DNA of 64,000 nt, taken from assembly GCA_964597355.1 (NCBI GenBank), contig CAZQWS010000002.1:34262-98261 (forward strand), read 5' to 3'. Within the stretch, counting starts at the first letter, position 1, and each line of letters starts with the position of its first letter. Under the pieces are notes generated by a model. It was not told where the DNA came from and ran no database searches. It saw only the letters and a program-made list of their open reading frames with translations. The stretch comes from an uncultured Bdellovibrionales bacterium. Lineage in GTDB: Bacteria > Patescibacteriota > Minisyncoccia > Moranbacterales > UBA1568. Shown one piece after another: positions 17,893 through 26,823 of this stretch. The position numbers and the translations under genes were made by a program.

Positions 17893-20508
17893 TTAGCCAG
17901 AGCAGCTGACGCAGCTATCCTTGACTTCTCCAGAGAGACTTCTCACGTAGTAAACGGTCTTGATCTCTTTTTGCCAGGCCTGGAGGTAGTAGCCGTAGAG
18001 TTGAGCTGGGGAAACTCGTGATGGATCAATCATCCACTCAAAGCTGATTGACTGGTCTACCCATTTGTAGACAACGGCGATGAGACTGATGACATCAGCC
18101 ATATCCATGTGAATATATTCCTTGTAGAACCAGAAATTGTCCTTGGAAAGCTTGGGGGCGACACGGATGGTTGGAGCAGAGAGGTTGGTTTCGACGAAGT
18201 AGCGCTTGTAGATCGGGAGGAGAGCGGCGGTAGTTCCGACGACACCAGCCGTGGAAGTATTGGGAGCTGGTGCCGTGTGGTAGGCGAAGCGGACACCGTG
18301 TGTGGCCATATCAGCAAAGAGTGCTTTCCACTCGGCGGCATGGGGAGTATTTTGCTCGTACCAAGCCTGATCACGGCCAAGGAGCATGCCTTTGGAATAT
18401 TCACTGCCTGGATAGAGTTCATACGCACCTCGTTCTTTGGCGAGATCGACCGAAGCACGGTAGGTATTGTAGGCGTAGCGTTCGAACAGTTGATCTGTTT
18501 CTTTCCGAGCCTCTTCTGAATCATAGGATATCTTGCGCGTAGCGAGGTATTCGGCTAGTCCAAGGTATCCAACACCCACCGAACGGTAACGTTTAGAAGT
18601 TCGTTCAGACTCTTTGATGGGGTAATAATTGAGCGTAATAACGTTGTCGAGTACTCGCATGAGAACAGGGAAGACGTCTGCCATCATAGCTGGCTCATAG
18701 ACAGTAGCTACATTGACTGAAGCGAGATTGCAGACAACGAGATCTCCTGGATCATAGTGGAGAACTATTTTCCCATCCTCGATGGTTTCTTCAATAAATT
18801 TCGAAGCAGAAGTATTTTGGCAGATCTCTGTACAGAGCTGAGTAGAGTAGATGTTGCCAGCGTGTTTGTTGGGGTTGTAACGGTTGACGGTATCACGGAA
18901 GAAAACATAGGGCATGCCAGTCTCAACGGTTGTTTTGAGGAATTTCTTGAAGAGCTCTTTTGTGTCAATAGTTTTTTTCATTTCAAGACGTGTGTCACGT
19001 TCTAGCTCTTCGTAAAAACGATCAAACTCTTCGCCGAAATGATCTTGGAGCGACTTACCGTAGAGACTCTTTACCTCATTGGGATCAAACAAAGTCCACT
19101 CTTTCCCATCACGCAGGCGACGCATGAAAATATCGGGAATAGAAACGGCTGGAAAGATATCGAAGGCTTTGGAACGGATATCCCCTGTTTCTGTCTGAAG
19201 ATCGAGGAAATCATAAATATCGAGATGCCACATGTCGAGGGTGACTGAAATAGCACCGAGGCGGCTCCCTAGTTGATTCACAGCGACAGCAGTATCATTG
19301 ATCACTTTGATCCATGGGTTTACTCCCCCACTCATTCCTTTTACTCCACGAATAGCACTGCCGCGAGAGCGAATATTTCCCAAGTAGACACCGACACCCC
19401 CGCCAAATTTAGAAATTTGAGCCATGTTCTCAACGGCATGGTAAATACCTCGGAGATCATCATCCACATTGATCTTGAAACAGCTGGAGAGTTGGTGATA
19501 GTTAGTGCGAGCATTGAGGAGGGTTGGTGTGGGAAGGGAGATGCGCTGCTTGGAACAGTGCTCATAGATCTTGAGCGCGAGCGCCAGGCGATTCCCCTTC
19601 TCTTCAGGAATGGCCAAGAAGAGCGCTACCGACATATACATCTCCTGGGGCAATTCATGGACGATCTTGTTTGGATTCAAGAGGTAACGCTTGATGAAAG
19701 AGACGATAGTAGTGTATTCGTAGCTTTCATCGGTCCCTTTGGAAAGATATTTCCCTGCCTCAAGAATTTCGGCTTCAGTATAGTATTGATAAAAGTCTTT
19801 GTAGTAGAGGCCTCGCTTGATATACTCGTCAAAATGCTCCTTGTACGCTTTGGGCGAGTAAATATCTCGCTGATCAAGGCCGCGGTTTTTGATAGCTTTC
19901 TTATACAACCCACCTAAAAGGATTCGGGCAGCGACATTTTGCCAAGCAATGTTTTCTACGGTGACGAGGTCAACACACGTTTTGACGAGGAGAGTCTCAA
20001 TATCAGATGTCTTAATATCCTCAACGAGGTTTTTCTTAAATGACTCCATGAGATCGGTAAACTGGCATTCCTCTTCATATCCTTTTGAGGCGCGATCGAA
20101 GACAGTGCGAATCTTTCTGATATCAAAATATTCTTTGGAACCATCCGCCTTGGTTACTTTGAGGGTTTTCTCTTCAAATTCACGCACTAAGCGTTCATGT
20201 TTCTCCTCACGTTCTTTTTTGCGCTCTTCTCGATAGAGGATGTAGGCCTTAGCGAGCTCGAAATGATTAGCTTTGACGAGTTCACGTTCGACGATATCCT
20301 GGACATCCTCGACGGTTGGGACACGATTGACGAAGATTTCCCCGTAAACACGATCAAGGTCAACAATAACGGCATCCGTTACGTCTGGGATAAAACTTTT
20401 GTCAGTGATGGCGATGGCATCGCAAGCAAGTTCGATAGCGTGCTCAATACGCTTGCGGTCGAAAGGAATGATTTCTCCATCGCGACGGCGAATCTTTTCG
20501 AGGGTCAT
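17893..20508 (-). CDS. nrdA: Ribonucleotide reductase class I large (alpha) subunit with N-terminal ATP-cone
   Basis: 871 aa; ATP-cone MTLEKIRRRDGEIIPFDRKRIEHAI; catalytic Cys/Asn/Glu region. Confidence 0.9.
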   Translation of the reverse strand: MTLEKIRRRDGEIIPFDRKRIEHAIELACDAIAITDKSFIPDVTDAVIVDLDRVYGEIFVNRVPTVEDVQDIVERELVKANHFELAKAYILYREERKKEREEKHERLVREFEEKTLKVTKADGSKEYFDIRKIRTVFDRASKGYEEECQFTDLMESFKKNLVEDIKTSDIETLLVKTCVDLVTVENIAWQNVAARILLGGLYKKAIKNRGLDQRDIYSPKAYKEHFDEYIKRGLYYKDFYQYYTEAEILEAGKYLSKGTDESYEYTTIVSFIKRYLLNPNKIVHELPQEMYMSVALFLAIPEEKGNRLALALKIYEHCSKQRISLPTPTLLNARTNYHQLSSCFKINVDDDLRGIYHAVENMAQISKFGGGVGVYLGNIRSRGSAIRGVKGMSGGVNPWIKVINDTAVAVNQLGSRLGAISVTLDMWHLDIYDFLDLQTETGDIRSKAFDIFPAVSIPDIFMRRLRDGKEWTLFDPNEVKSLYGKSLQDHFGEEFDRFYEELERDTRLEMKKTIDTKELFKKFLKTTVETGMPYVFFRDTVNRYNPNKHAGNIYSTQLCTEICQNTSASKFIEETIEDGKIVLHYDPGDLVVCNLASVNVATVYEPAMMADVFPVLMRVLDNVITLNYYPIKESERTSKRYRSVGVGYLGLAEYLATRKISYDSEEARKETDQLFERYAYNTYRASVDLAKERGAYELYPGSEYSKGMLLGRDQAWYEQNTPHAAEWKALFADMATHGVRFAYHTAPAPNTSTAGVVGTTAALLPIYKRYFVETNLSAPTIRVAPKLSKDNFWFYKEYIHMDMADVISLIAVVYKWVDQSISFEWMIDPSRVSPAQLYGYYLQAWQKEIKTVYYVRSLSGEVKDSCVSCSG

Positions 20509-20575
20509 ATTTTTGTGTTGCGGGGTTAGTTAGTGGATAGACTGGAAACGGGATGAGGCATCTAGAGGACTGAGA

Positions 20576-21196
20576 CTAATGGTGTTCGAATCGTTTTTCT
20601 ACGGCAGTCCAGTCGATGACCTTCATGAAAGCACTCAGGTAATCAGCTCGTTTCAAACCATAATCAATCATGAATGCGTGCTCGAAAACATCCATCACAA
20701 GGAGTGGTGTTGTGCCGACGAGGTTTCCCATATCATGCTCATTCACCCAGACATTGTAGAGTTTGTCGGATTCACTATCATGAGCGAGGACTACCCAGCC
20801 AATACCACGCATGGCACCGGTGGCCAGAAAGTTCTTTTCCCAATTTTCGTAATCCCCATAGATCTCAGAAAGTTTTTCTTTAAGAAATGTATGCGTAAGG
20901 GTAGTCGTCTCTTTGGTCATGTTGCCGAAATAGAGTTCGTGCATGCGCATCCCATTCCATTCCCAACCAAAACGCCGTTTGAGTTCGACAAACTCTGGAG
21001 AGGCAGTCTCCCCGCTTTCCGTGAGGGCTTTAAGTTTGGTGACCAATAGGTTGGTGTTCTTTACGTACCCCTCGTAGAGCGTGAAGTGATTAGTGAGAAG
21101 CGTATCAGAGAATCCGGAGAGTCCTAGAAGGTGTTCGAACTTTTTTGCCGCGTACGCCATAAGAAATTGTGTTTTAGATTTTTCCAACGAGATCAA
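20576..21196 (-). CDS. sodA: Fe/Mn superoxide dismutase
   Basis: 206 aa; Fe/Mn SOD N- and C-domain signatures (LTNHFTLYEGYV..., ...AHDSESDKLYNVWVNEHD...). Confidence 0.9.
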   Translation of the reverse strand: MISLEKSKTQFLMAYAAKKFEHLLGLSGFSDTLLTNHFTLYEGYVKNTNLLVTKLKALTESGETASPEFVELKRRFGWEWNGMRMHELYFGNMTKETTTLTHTFLKEKLSEIYGDYENWEKNFLATGAMRGIGWVVLAHDSESDKLYNVWVNEHDMGNLVGTTPLLVMDVFEHAFMIDYGLKRADYLSAFMKVIDWTAVEKRFEHH

Positions 21197-21815
21197 TACT
21201 TGGCTTCAAGGTCTTACTGCCTTTTTTCCAGTTAGCAGGACAAACTTCGCCGTGGTGTTCACGAACGAAGATAGCTGCCTCGAGTTTGCGCAAGAGTTCA
21301 TCAGCTGAGCGGCCGACATTATTGGCGTGCACTTCATAGGCCTGGAGTATGCCGTCTGGATCAATCACGAAACTACCGCGGAGAGCGAGGCCGGCATCCT
21401 CCCCTTCGTCGATATAGACACCAAAAGTTTTAGAAATTTCTCCACTTGGATCAGCCACCATTGGGTAGGCAAGTGTTTTAATCGCTGGCGAATGGTCGTG
21501 CCAAGCTTTGTGGGTAAATTTGGTGTCAGTCGAAACCGAGAGGACCTCAGCGCCAAATGCTTGGAACTTTTTATAATTCTTTTGCATTTCTTCAAGTTCA
21601 GTAGGACATACAAACGTGAAGTCGGCTGGGTAGAAGAATACAACAATCCATGTGCCCTTGTAATCAGAAAAATGAGCGTGGCTAAATTTTTCTTGGTGGT
21701 AATAATCGAACTCAAGATTGGGCACGCGCTTTCCAATAACAGGAAAAAATCCGAGCTCGTTAGGCACAGTCTCGTCTTCGCAACAACCCCCACCACAACA
21801 ATTATCTTGGTACAT
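21174..21815 (-). CDS. Peroxiredoxin (AhpC/Prx family) with unusual Cys-rich N-terminal extension
   Basis: Peroxidatic-Cys motif FTFVCPTE; N-terminal MYQDNCCGGGCCEDE precedes the Prx fold; overlaps the sod start by 23 nt, suggesting an operon. Confidence 0.85.
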   Translation of the reverse strand: MYQDNCCGGGCCEDETVPNELGFFPVIGKRVPNLEFDYYHQEKFSHAHFSDYKGTWIVVFFYPADFTFVCPTELEEMQKNYKKFQAFGAEVLSVSTDTKFTHKAWHDHSPAIKTLAYPMVADPSGEISKTFGVYIDEGEDAGLALRGSFVIDPDGILQAYEVHANNVGRSADELLRKLEAAIFVREHHGEVCPANWKKGSKTLKPSIDLVGKI

Positions 21816-21970
21816 ATATTTGAAAAAGTTAAGAGTAAAATTTTAGCTTTTCGCCAGATTTTTTTCTCAAAAAATCATTGGTGTTTCATCATGATAGAGA
21901 GTGCCTTTTGACCTGTCAAATAGGTCTTCAGGATAAGCCTTTTCTGCGTCAAAAGTAACCGCAGAAACTA

Positions 21971-22012
21971 CATACATACTACTTGTAGTATGTATGCTGA
22001 TTATCAGCATAC
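21971..22012. promoter_or_regulatory. Two overlapping perfect palindromes, candidate operator between the divergent prx-sod and rluD genes
   Basis: CATACATACTAC-ttg-TAGTATGTATG (21971-21996) and GTATGCTGA-tta-TCAGCATAC (21992-22012). Confidence 0.4.
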
Positions 22013-22142
22013 TACCTTACTTTTGACTCCTCTTCCCAAAGTTACAGAAAGTACGTCGAGTATTGGGACAATCTGTGTATAAGACTTTTTGGCAATTTTC
22101 TCCTTAAAACGTGCTACAATCGGAGGACAATAAATCCTTGTT

Positions 22143-23183
22143 ATGACACAACGAAAAGGAAAAAAAGTAAATCAATCCGTAAGCCCGCTCACGCAGACGG
22201 AAGTACGGGTAGTCAAACTTCGCTTGGTTGGTAAGCGGCTGGATCAGTTTTTGACCTTAGAATTTCCAGAACTTTCTCGGGAAAAAATGAAACTTCTTAT
22301 TGCTGATGGGCAGATATGGGTAGATGGGAAAATAGTGACACGACCCAATATCCGATTAACGCTCGGTATGAAAGTGGCGTGGTCCAAGACGGCAAGGAAG
22401 ATTTTGGTAAGGGAAAGTATCAAAAACGAGTCACCGGAAATGACGACATCTCTAGTCGTGGTCATAGCTGAAACTGATGATTTTCTTGTTTTGAACAAAC
22501 CAGCTGGTCTTTCCATGCATCCAGTGAGAAAAGGACAGAGAAATACCCTCACAGACTGGTTATCTACGCGTTATCCACATATTGTTGGGGTAGGTGAAGT
22601 GCCAGAGCGGCCTGGTATGGTACATCGTCTTGATAAAGACACGTCCGGTATCGTGCTCATTGCCAAGCATCAGAAAGCATTTATGGCTTTAAAAAGCCTT
22701 TTTCAAGAGAGAAAAATAAGAAAAGAGTATTTAGCATTGGTGTATGGAACGGTTGCAAGCCCGAGTGGAGTAATAGATAAGCCCTTGGGACGAGTCAAAG
22801 GAAGTATTCGACGGGCTACACCTGATGGAAAACGAACTTTTGGTGGAGCACTACGGGAAGCAGAGACAGAATATGTCTTACACACACGTTATCCACAGTA
22901 CGATTTGCTCTCTATTAAGCCAAAAACAGGCAGAACCCATCAAATTCGGGTCCACCTCGCTTCTCTAGGGCATCCTATCGTTGGTGATAAATTGTATCGT
23001 TTCAAAGAACACCGGCAAGATCCGCTTGTCCCTCTTTTTCAACTCCTTCATGCTGAAAGCGTGCGATTTCGTCTCTCCGGAAAGAACTATCGCTTCGAAG
23101 CCCCCCTTCCCGCCTATTTTCAGGATACCCTCTCTATTTTGGCTCTCCAAAAAGCCGAAAATGATGCCTCTCACCCATCTTGA
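22143..23183 (+). CDS. rluD: RluA-family 23S rRNA pseudouridine synthase (RluD-like, S4 domain + catalytic domain)
   Basis: Catalytic motif HRLDKDTSGIVLIAK; N-terminal S4-like region. Confidence 0.85.
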   Translation: MTQRKGKKVNQSVSPLTQTEVRVVKLRLVGKRLDQFLTLEFPELSREKMKLLIADGQIWVDGKIVTRPNIRLTLGMKVAWSKTARKILVRESIKNESPEMTTSLVVVIAETDDFLVLNKPAGLSMHPVRKGQRNTLTDWLSTRYPHIVGVGEVPERPGMVHRLDKDTSGIVLIAKHQKAFMALKSLFQERKIRKEYLALVYGTVASPSGVIDKPLGRVKGSIRRATPDGKRTFGGALREAETEYVLHTRYPQYDLLSIKPKTGRTHQIRVHLASLGHPIVGDKLYRFKEHRQDPLVPLFQLLHAESVRFRLSGKNYRFEAPLPAYFQDTLSILALQKAENDASHPS

Positions 23184-23392
23184 ACCGTGGCTATTCTCTA
23201 GCTCGGTCTTTGGCCTTGAGGAAGATTGACACAAAGTGTTGACTGCATCTCTGGCCGAAGGTAAAAAATGGCTAGACCCGAGAGCAGGGTTGGGGTTGAC
23301 GGATTTTGGTTTGCCAGCTAGAATTGGAGCACTCAATACCCAAGCCCATAGAGACGGGGTATTTCTTTTTCCGGATCATTTTTTCTTACTTT

Positions 23393-23872
23393 ATGCGCCA
23401 AGAACTCATAAAATTCAATGCAACTCTTCGGGCTAAACGAACTGACCTTCCTGAGTTTCAAGCTGGAGACGTGGTCAAGATTTATCGTAATATCAAAGAA
23501 GGAGGCAAAGAACGCAAGCAAATGTTTCAGGGCATGGTGATTGCCATCAAGGGTGGCCAAAGCTCCTCCCCTGTTGTTACCGTACGGAAAGTCTCTTCGG
23601 GGGTAGGGGTAGAATTGGTGCTTCCTATCCTTTCTGCTCAAATCGACAAGATTGAGCTTGTGAAGCGCACCAAGGCTCGCCGTGGCAAGCTCTACTATGT
23701 CCGTACCAAGAGTGCCAAGGTGATCGGTAAGAAGCTCAAAGAAGTGGCTTTTGAAATTGGCAAGGCTGGTAAGGAAGTGAAAGACGTAGTGAAAGAAGTG
23801 AAAGAAGCGGCTCAGGCGGAAGCTTCAGCTGAAGCTGTAGCAGCCGGAGAAACTCCCAAGGCTGATCAATAA
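23393..23872 (+). CDS. rplS: 50S ribosomal protein L19 with Lys/Glu/Ala-rich C-terminal extension
   Basis: Start re-assigned to the ATG at 23393 (MRQELIKF...); core ...AGDVVKIYRNIKEGGKERKQMFQGMVIAIKGG...; the 188-aa track ORF has an unsupported 5' extension. Confidence 0.85.
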   Translation: MRQELIKFNATLRAKRTDLPEFQAGDVVKIYRNIKEGGKERKQMFQGMVIAIKGGQSSSPVVTVRKVSSGVGVELVLPILSAQIDKIELVKRTKARRGKLYYVRTKSAKVIGKKLKEVAFEIGKAGKEVKDVVKEVKEAAQAEASAEAVAAGETPKADQ

Positions 23873-23879
23873 GAAGACT

Positions 23880-23911
23880 GAGTGCTCGAAAAACGCACTC
23901 TTTTCTTTTTT
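23880..23911 (+). terminator. Rho-independent terminator after rplS
   Basis: GAGTGC-tcgaaaaac-GCACTC followed by TTTTCTTTTTT. Confidence 0.5.
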
Positions 23912-24042
23912 GTCATCACGCTTTAGAGTAGGTTTATGTCTAGATGTTCTCCTTCGCTAAAGCTATGAAGGAACCAAAGGTGAGAGATTTTAGCACAAGG
24001 AGTTTGGGTAAGTTAGCCCTACGAAGTTTTAACGTAGTACGG

Positions 24043-24126
24043 GCCCAGGTGGCGGAATTGGTATACGCGCTAGCTTGAGGTGCTAGTTCCCGCAAGGGAT
24101 TGGAGGTTCGAGTCCTCTCTTGGGCA
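24043..24126 (+). tRNA. tRNA-Leu (anticodon GAG)
   Basis: Manual fold: acceptor GCCCAGG/CTTGGGC, anticodon loop TTGAGGT, long variable arm, T-loop GGTTCGAGTCC. Confidence 0.7.
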
Positions 24127-24178
24127 CAGAAAAGGCAAAGGGCGGCAAGCCCTTTTTCTTTTGCTAGAATAGATATAC

Positions 24179-24215
24179 GCGTGCTTAGCTCAGTTGGTTA
24201 GAACATCTCGTTTAC
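24179..24215 (+). pseudogene. tRNA-Val-like 5'-half fragment, partial tandem duplicate of the downstream tRNA-Val
   Basis: TAGCTCAGTTGGTTAGAACATCTCGTTTAC is near-identical to the D-arm and anticodon stem of the tRNA-Val at 24264, but no T-arm or acceptor 3' strand follows; the 10-mer CACCGAGAGG is also duplicated. Confidence 0.4.
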
Positions 24216-24263
24216 CCACCAGAAACGCTCTGCGTATGCGGTGCGGGCGGGCACCGAGAGGTT

Positions 24264-24337
24264 GGGCAGTTAGCTCAGTTGGTTAGAGCATCTCGTTTAC
24301 ACCGAGAGGGTCAGAGGTTCGAGTCCTCTACTGCCCA
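24264..24337 (+). tRNA. tRNA-Val (anticodon TAC)
   Basis: Acceptor GGGCAGT/ACTGCCC, D-arm TAGCTCAGTTGGTTAGAGC, anticodon loop TTTACAC, T-loop GGTTCGAGTCC. Confidence 0.75.
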
Positions 24338-24386
24338 CACAGGACAAGTATTGATTTTTTTTCTCGTTCAGGGATAATGGGAAATG

Positions 24387-24469
24387 TTTCGTTATAGGCC
24401 GGGGTAGCTCAGTGGTAGAGCGAAAGACTGAAAATCTTTGCGTCGGCAGTTCAATTCTGCCCCCCGGCA
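24387..24469 (+). tRNA. tRNA-Phe (anticodon GAA)
   Basis: Acceptor GCCGGGG/CCCCGGC, anticodon stem AAAGA/TCTTT with loop CTGAAAA, T-loop GTTCAATTC. Confidence 0.75.
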
Positions 24470-24490
24470 CAGGTTCTTGTTTTATATCGA

Positions 24491-24563
24491 GGGTCCGTAG
24501 CTCAGCGGTTAGAGCGGGCGACTCATAATCGCTTGGTCGATGGTTCGATTCCATCCGGACCCA
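24491..24563 (+). tRNA. tRNA-Met (anticodon CAT), elongator or tRNA-Ile2 (lysidine) type; tilS is present in this window
   Basis: Acceptor GGGTCCG/CGGACCC, anticodon loop CTCATAA, T-loop GGTTCGATTCC; lacks the three G-C pairs typical of initiator tRNA. Confidence 0.7.
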
Positions 24564-24683
24564 CGGAAGAGTTGAAAAAGAAAGAAGAAAAATGTAAAAT
24601 TTGTGCCAGATCAAAGTTGAAGCGGGCCTGCCCGCCGAAAGCTTTGCAAAGGTCGCCGCCACCAAGGTTTTGGCGGACTATAA

Positions 24684-24755
24684 GCGGGTATCGTATAGCG
24701 GCTATTATGAGTCCTTGCCAAGGACTAGATAGGGGTTCGACTCCCCTTACCCGCT
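24684..24755 (+). tRNA. tRNA-Gly (anticodon GCC), CCA encoded
   Basis: Acceptor GCGGGTA/TACCCGC, anticodon stem AGTCC/GGACT with loop TTGCCAA, T-arm GGGGTTCGACTCCCC. Confidence 0.7.
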
Positions 24756-24763
24756 CCAAAATA

Positions 24764-24797
24764 AAACAAGCGCCCATAAGGACGCTTGTTTTATTTC
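24764..24797. terminator. Rho-independent terminator after the tRNA cluster
   Basis: AACAAGCG-cccataagga-CGCTTGTT followed by TTATTTC. Confidence 0.5.
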
Positions 24798-24951
24798 TTG
24801 GGTTGATAGGGAGTCGAACGGGTGGGAGCGAGACGAGTTTCCTTTCAACAGGAAGGAAGCGATGACGAGTGTCGACGGATGCGAATGAATGAGCATTCGG
24901 CGCCACCCAGGACAAGGAATGAGTGAGCGACGGCGAACGAGTGACGCGAAA

Positions 24952-24967
24952 CTCCCCTTACCCGCTC
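24952..24967 (+). repeat. 16-nt direct repeat of the tRNA-Gly 3' end (CTCCCCTTACCCGCTC; first copy 24741-24756)
   Basis: Exact 16-mer shared between the tRNA-Gly T-arm/acceptor and a site about 200 bp downstream; att-like scar; intervening DNA carries T-loop-like GGAGTCGAAC fragments. Confidence 0.5.
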
Positions 24968-25109
24968 ACCCAAGAAACAAGGCTTATCAAAGCCTTGTTT
25001 TTTTGCTACCCCTAAACGGAGTCGAACTGAGGGTGGACAAGATGAAAAAAGTATAGTATTCTACACTGTCCAATTTGGACAAATAGCAACTTAAGAAAGA
25101 GGTAATACC

Positions 25110-25592
25110 GTGGAAAACATAGTTCTGTCCGACCTCCCTAATGCCCTCGTTTACGCCGAGCGCATCATTTCGGTGGCGGTGGATCTTCTGCGTCGAAATG
25201 GCCAGTCAGATAAGGAGGGTGGCTACTTCGCTGTCTTCGAAATCGGTCGTGCCAATCTGGTGTTGCTTGCTTCGATCGGCTACAACCTGCAAAGCAAGAT
25301 CGAAGGTCGGCAACAGGTTTCTCAGGAGAAGTGCACCCGCATCTTGGCGAATGGTCACCCAACGAGCTACGAGAGCAGGGAGCCTGTAGCTGGTCGCTGG
25401 GGTGGTGCGGTGCGTGGAGAGGGGTACATCTTCAGCTTCTCTGGTCTGCCCGAACTCTGGGATGAAGCAGCGATGTTCGTGCTCGCCATCAAGCTCGGTC
25501 AACTGCACAAGAGCGAAGTCTTGAGGCAGATCAGCGAAGAACGCAATCCCCACCTCCGGCCGCTCCTCGAAGCGTGCCACTGGACAGAGTAA
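25110..25592 (+). CDS. Hypothetical protein, GC-rich relative to flanks
   Basis: 160-aa ORF; no recognisable family; clearly higher GC than the neighbouring genes. Confidence 0.4.
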   Translation: MENIVLSDLPNALVYAERIISVAVDLLRRNGQSDKEGGYFAVFEIGRANLVLLASIGYNLQSKIEGRQQVSQEKCTRILANGHPTSYESREPVAGRWGGAVRGEGYIFSFSGLPELWDEAAMFVLAIKLGQLHKSEVLRQISEERNPHLRPLLEACHWTE

Positions 25593-25883
25593 CGTCTCGG
25601 CCATCGGTCATAAAGCAAGGAGAGCCTGACCAGCTCTCTTTAAATTTTTATATACTACAAATTTTGAAAACTTCAGTCCTTATCATACCTATCATCTAGC
25701 TCCAATAAATAAGCCATGCTGAGGAAATGGTTTTGTTTTTGGTGGATAACCAAATTGACAAAAGATAGAAGAAGAATAGGATGAAAGTGTTTTAACGAGC
25801 AAGCAGTACGCTCGCTAGAACCTTCTGTAAAAGCAAGAAGAAAAATTGCCTAGAAACCAAAGAGAAGATGGCTGATTTTTCTT

Positions 25884-26567
25884 TTGGATTACTCAGTACC
25901 TTGGGAGATTGAGATGAATGTACTTGTACCGAGAATGAAAGTTTGGCTCAGAGCACAATTGCACTATCTCCGAATTCGAATTTTGGGAAAGAATGCGGAA
26001 GAGCGGTCCTTTGAAACTTTGGCCCCCCGACTTGCCGAAGCGGCTGGCATGTCAGTTGCGAGCTCGCCTCAGGAACTGGCGACTGGCTTTTTGTCCGCGT
26101 TAGATTTTCTTCGTGAGGAAGAACAAGGATGGCAACGATTTGCTTTTTTTGCTTGTACCATTACTGGTTTACCGGTCAACGTCTCTCCGCAGCAGCTAAT
26201 CCAAGCCTGCTTTGAGGAGTTGGACCGTCGGCTCTATCTACAGCCGCCGTCTCTCGAAACAAGAACAATACAAGTAGCACGGGCTTGGGAGGTGTTGAGA
26301 CCATACCTGGAAAGTTTGGCTCGCGGAGCTCATATATCGCCAGAAGCTCCTCCTGAAGAGCTCGCGACTGGCGCAGTGAGAACGCTGGGTCAGCTGGTTG
26401 AACACTACACACACTTGGATGAGAGGGACAAGTGTAATCGACGTTACCTCAGGCTACTTGTTAAAGCGGGCGTCATCAATCCCGAACATGCCCGCACAGA
26501 CCAAGGGGTCGCAGAACTACGCCAAGCCCTGGTACGCTTACAGGAGGCAGACCTAGTCAAAGAGTGA
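25884..26567 (+). CDS. Hypothetical protein, GC-rich relative to flanks
   Basis: 227-aa ORF; no recognisable family; terminator hairpin follows. Confidence 0.4.
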   Translation: MDYSVPWEIEMNVLVPRMKVWLRAQLHYLRIRILGKNAEERSFETLAPRLAEAAGMSVASSPQELATGFLSALDFLREEEQGWQRFAFFACTITGLPVNVSPQQLIQACFEELDRRLYLQPPSLETRTIQVARAWEVLRPYLESLARGAHISPEAPPEELATGAVRTLGQLVEHYTHLDERDKCNRRYLRLLVKAGVINPEHARTDQGVAELRQALVRLQEADLVKE

Positions 26568-26653
26568 GCCCTACTCATAATTTCTCAAACCTTGAGTCTG
26601 ACTACCTATCAGGGAGGAAATTTCCCCACTGATGGTCGGTAACTATGTATCAG

Positions 26654-26696
26654 AGCCTCCACAGGGTTATCACCCTAAGGAGGCTTTTGTTTTTTG
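26654..26696 (+). terminator. Rho-independent terminator after the hypothetical gene pair
   Basis: AGCCTCC-acagggttatcaccctaa-GGAGGCT followed by TTTGTTTTTT. Confidence 0.55.
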
Positions 26697-26793
26697 GATG
26701 GATTTACTGCGTGGAATAAACGCAGTGCTACACCTTCACCGAGCTAGCTGATAGATACTTTGGTTTTTGGGCCTATCAACTAATTATCGGTAG

Positions 26794-26802
26794 TGGTATA
26801 CT
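26794..26802 (+). promoter_or_regulatory. Extended -10 element (TGGTATACT) upstream of the response-regulator gene
   Basis: TGnTAnnnT-type extended -10 about 22 nt upstream of the ATG at 26824. Confidence 0.3.
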
Positions 26803-26823
26803 AAAGACACTTATCCATAACTT

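Noticed and set aside
24179-24263. tRNA-Val with an intron (5' half, 48-nt spacer, rest of tRNA)
   Set aside because: The downstream tRNA-Val(TAC) is complete and folds on its own; the upstream piece lacks a matching acceptor 3' strand, so it is a partial duplicate rather than an exon.
26700-26730. Second hairpin (TACTGCGT-ggaataa-ACGCAGTG) after the 26654-26696 terminator
   Set aside because: No T-run on either strand, so it cannot be called a terminator; could be a minor RNA structure.
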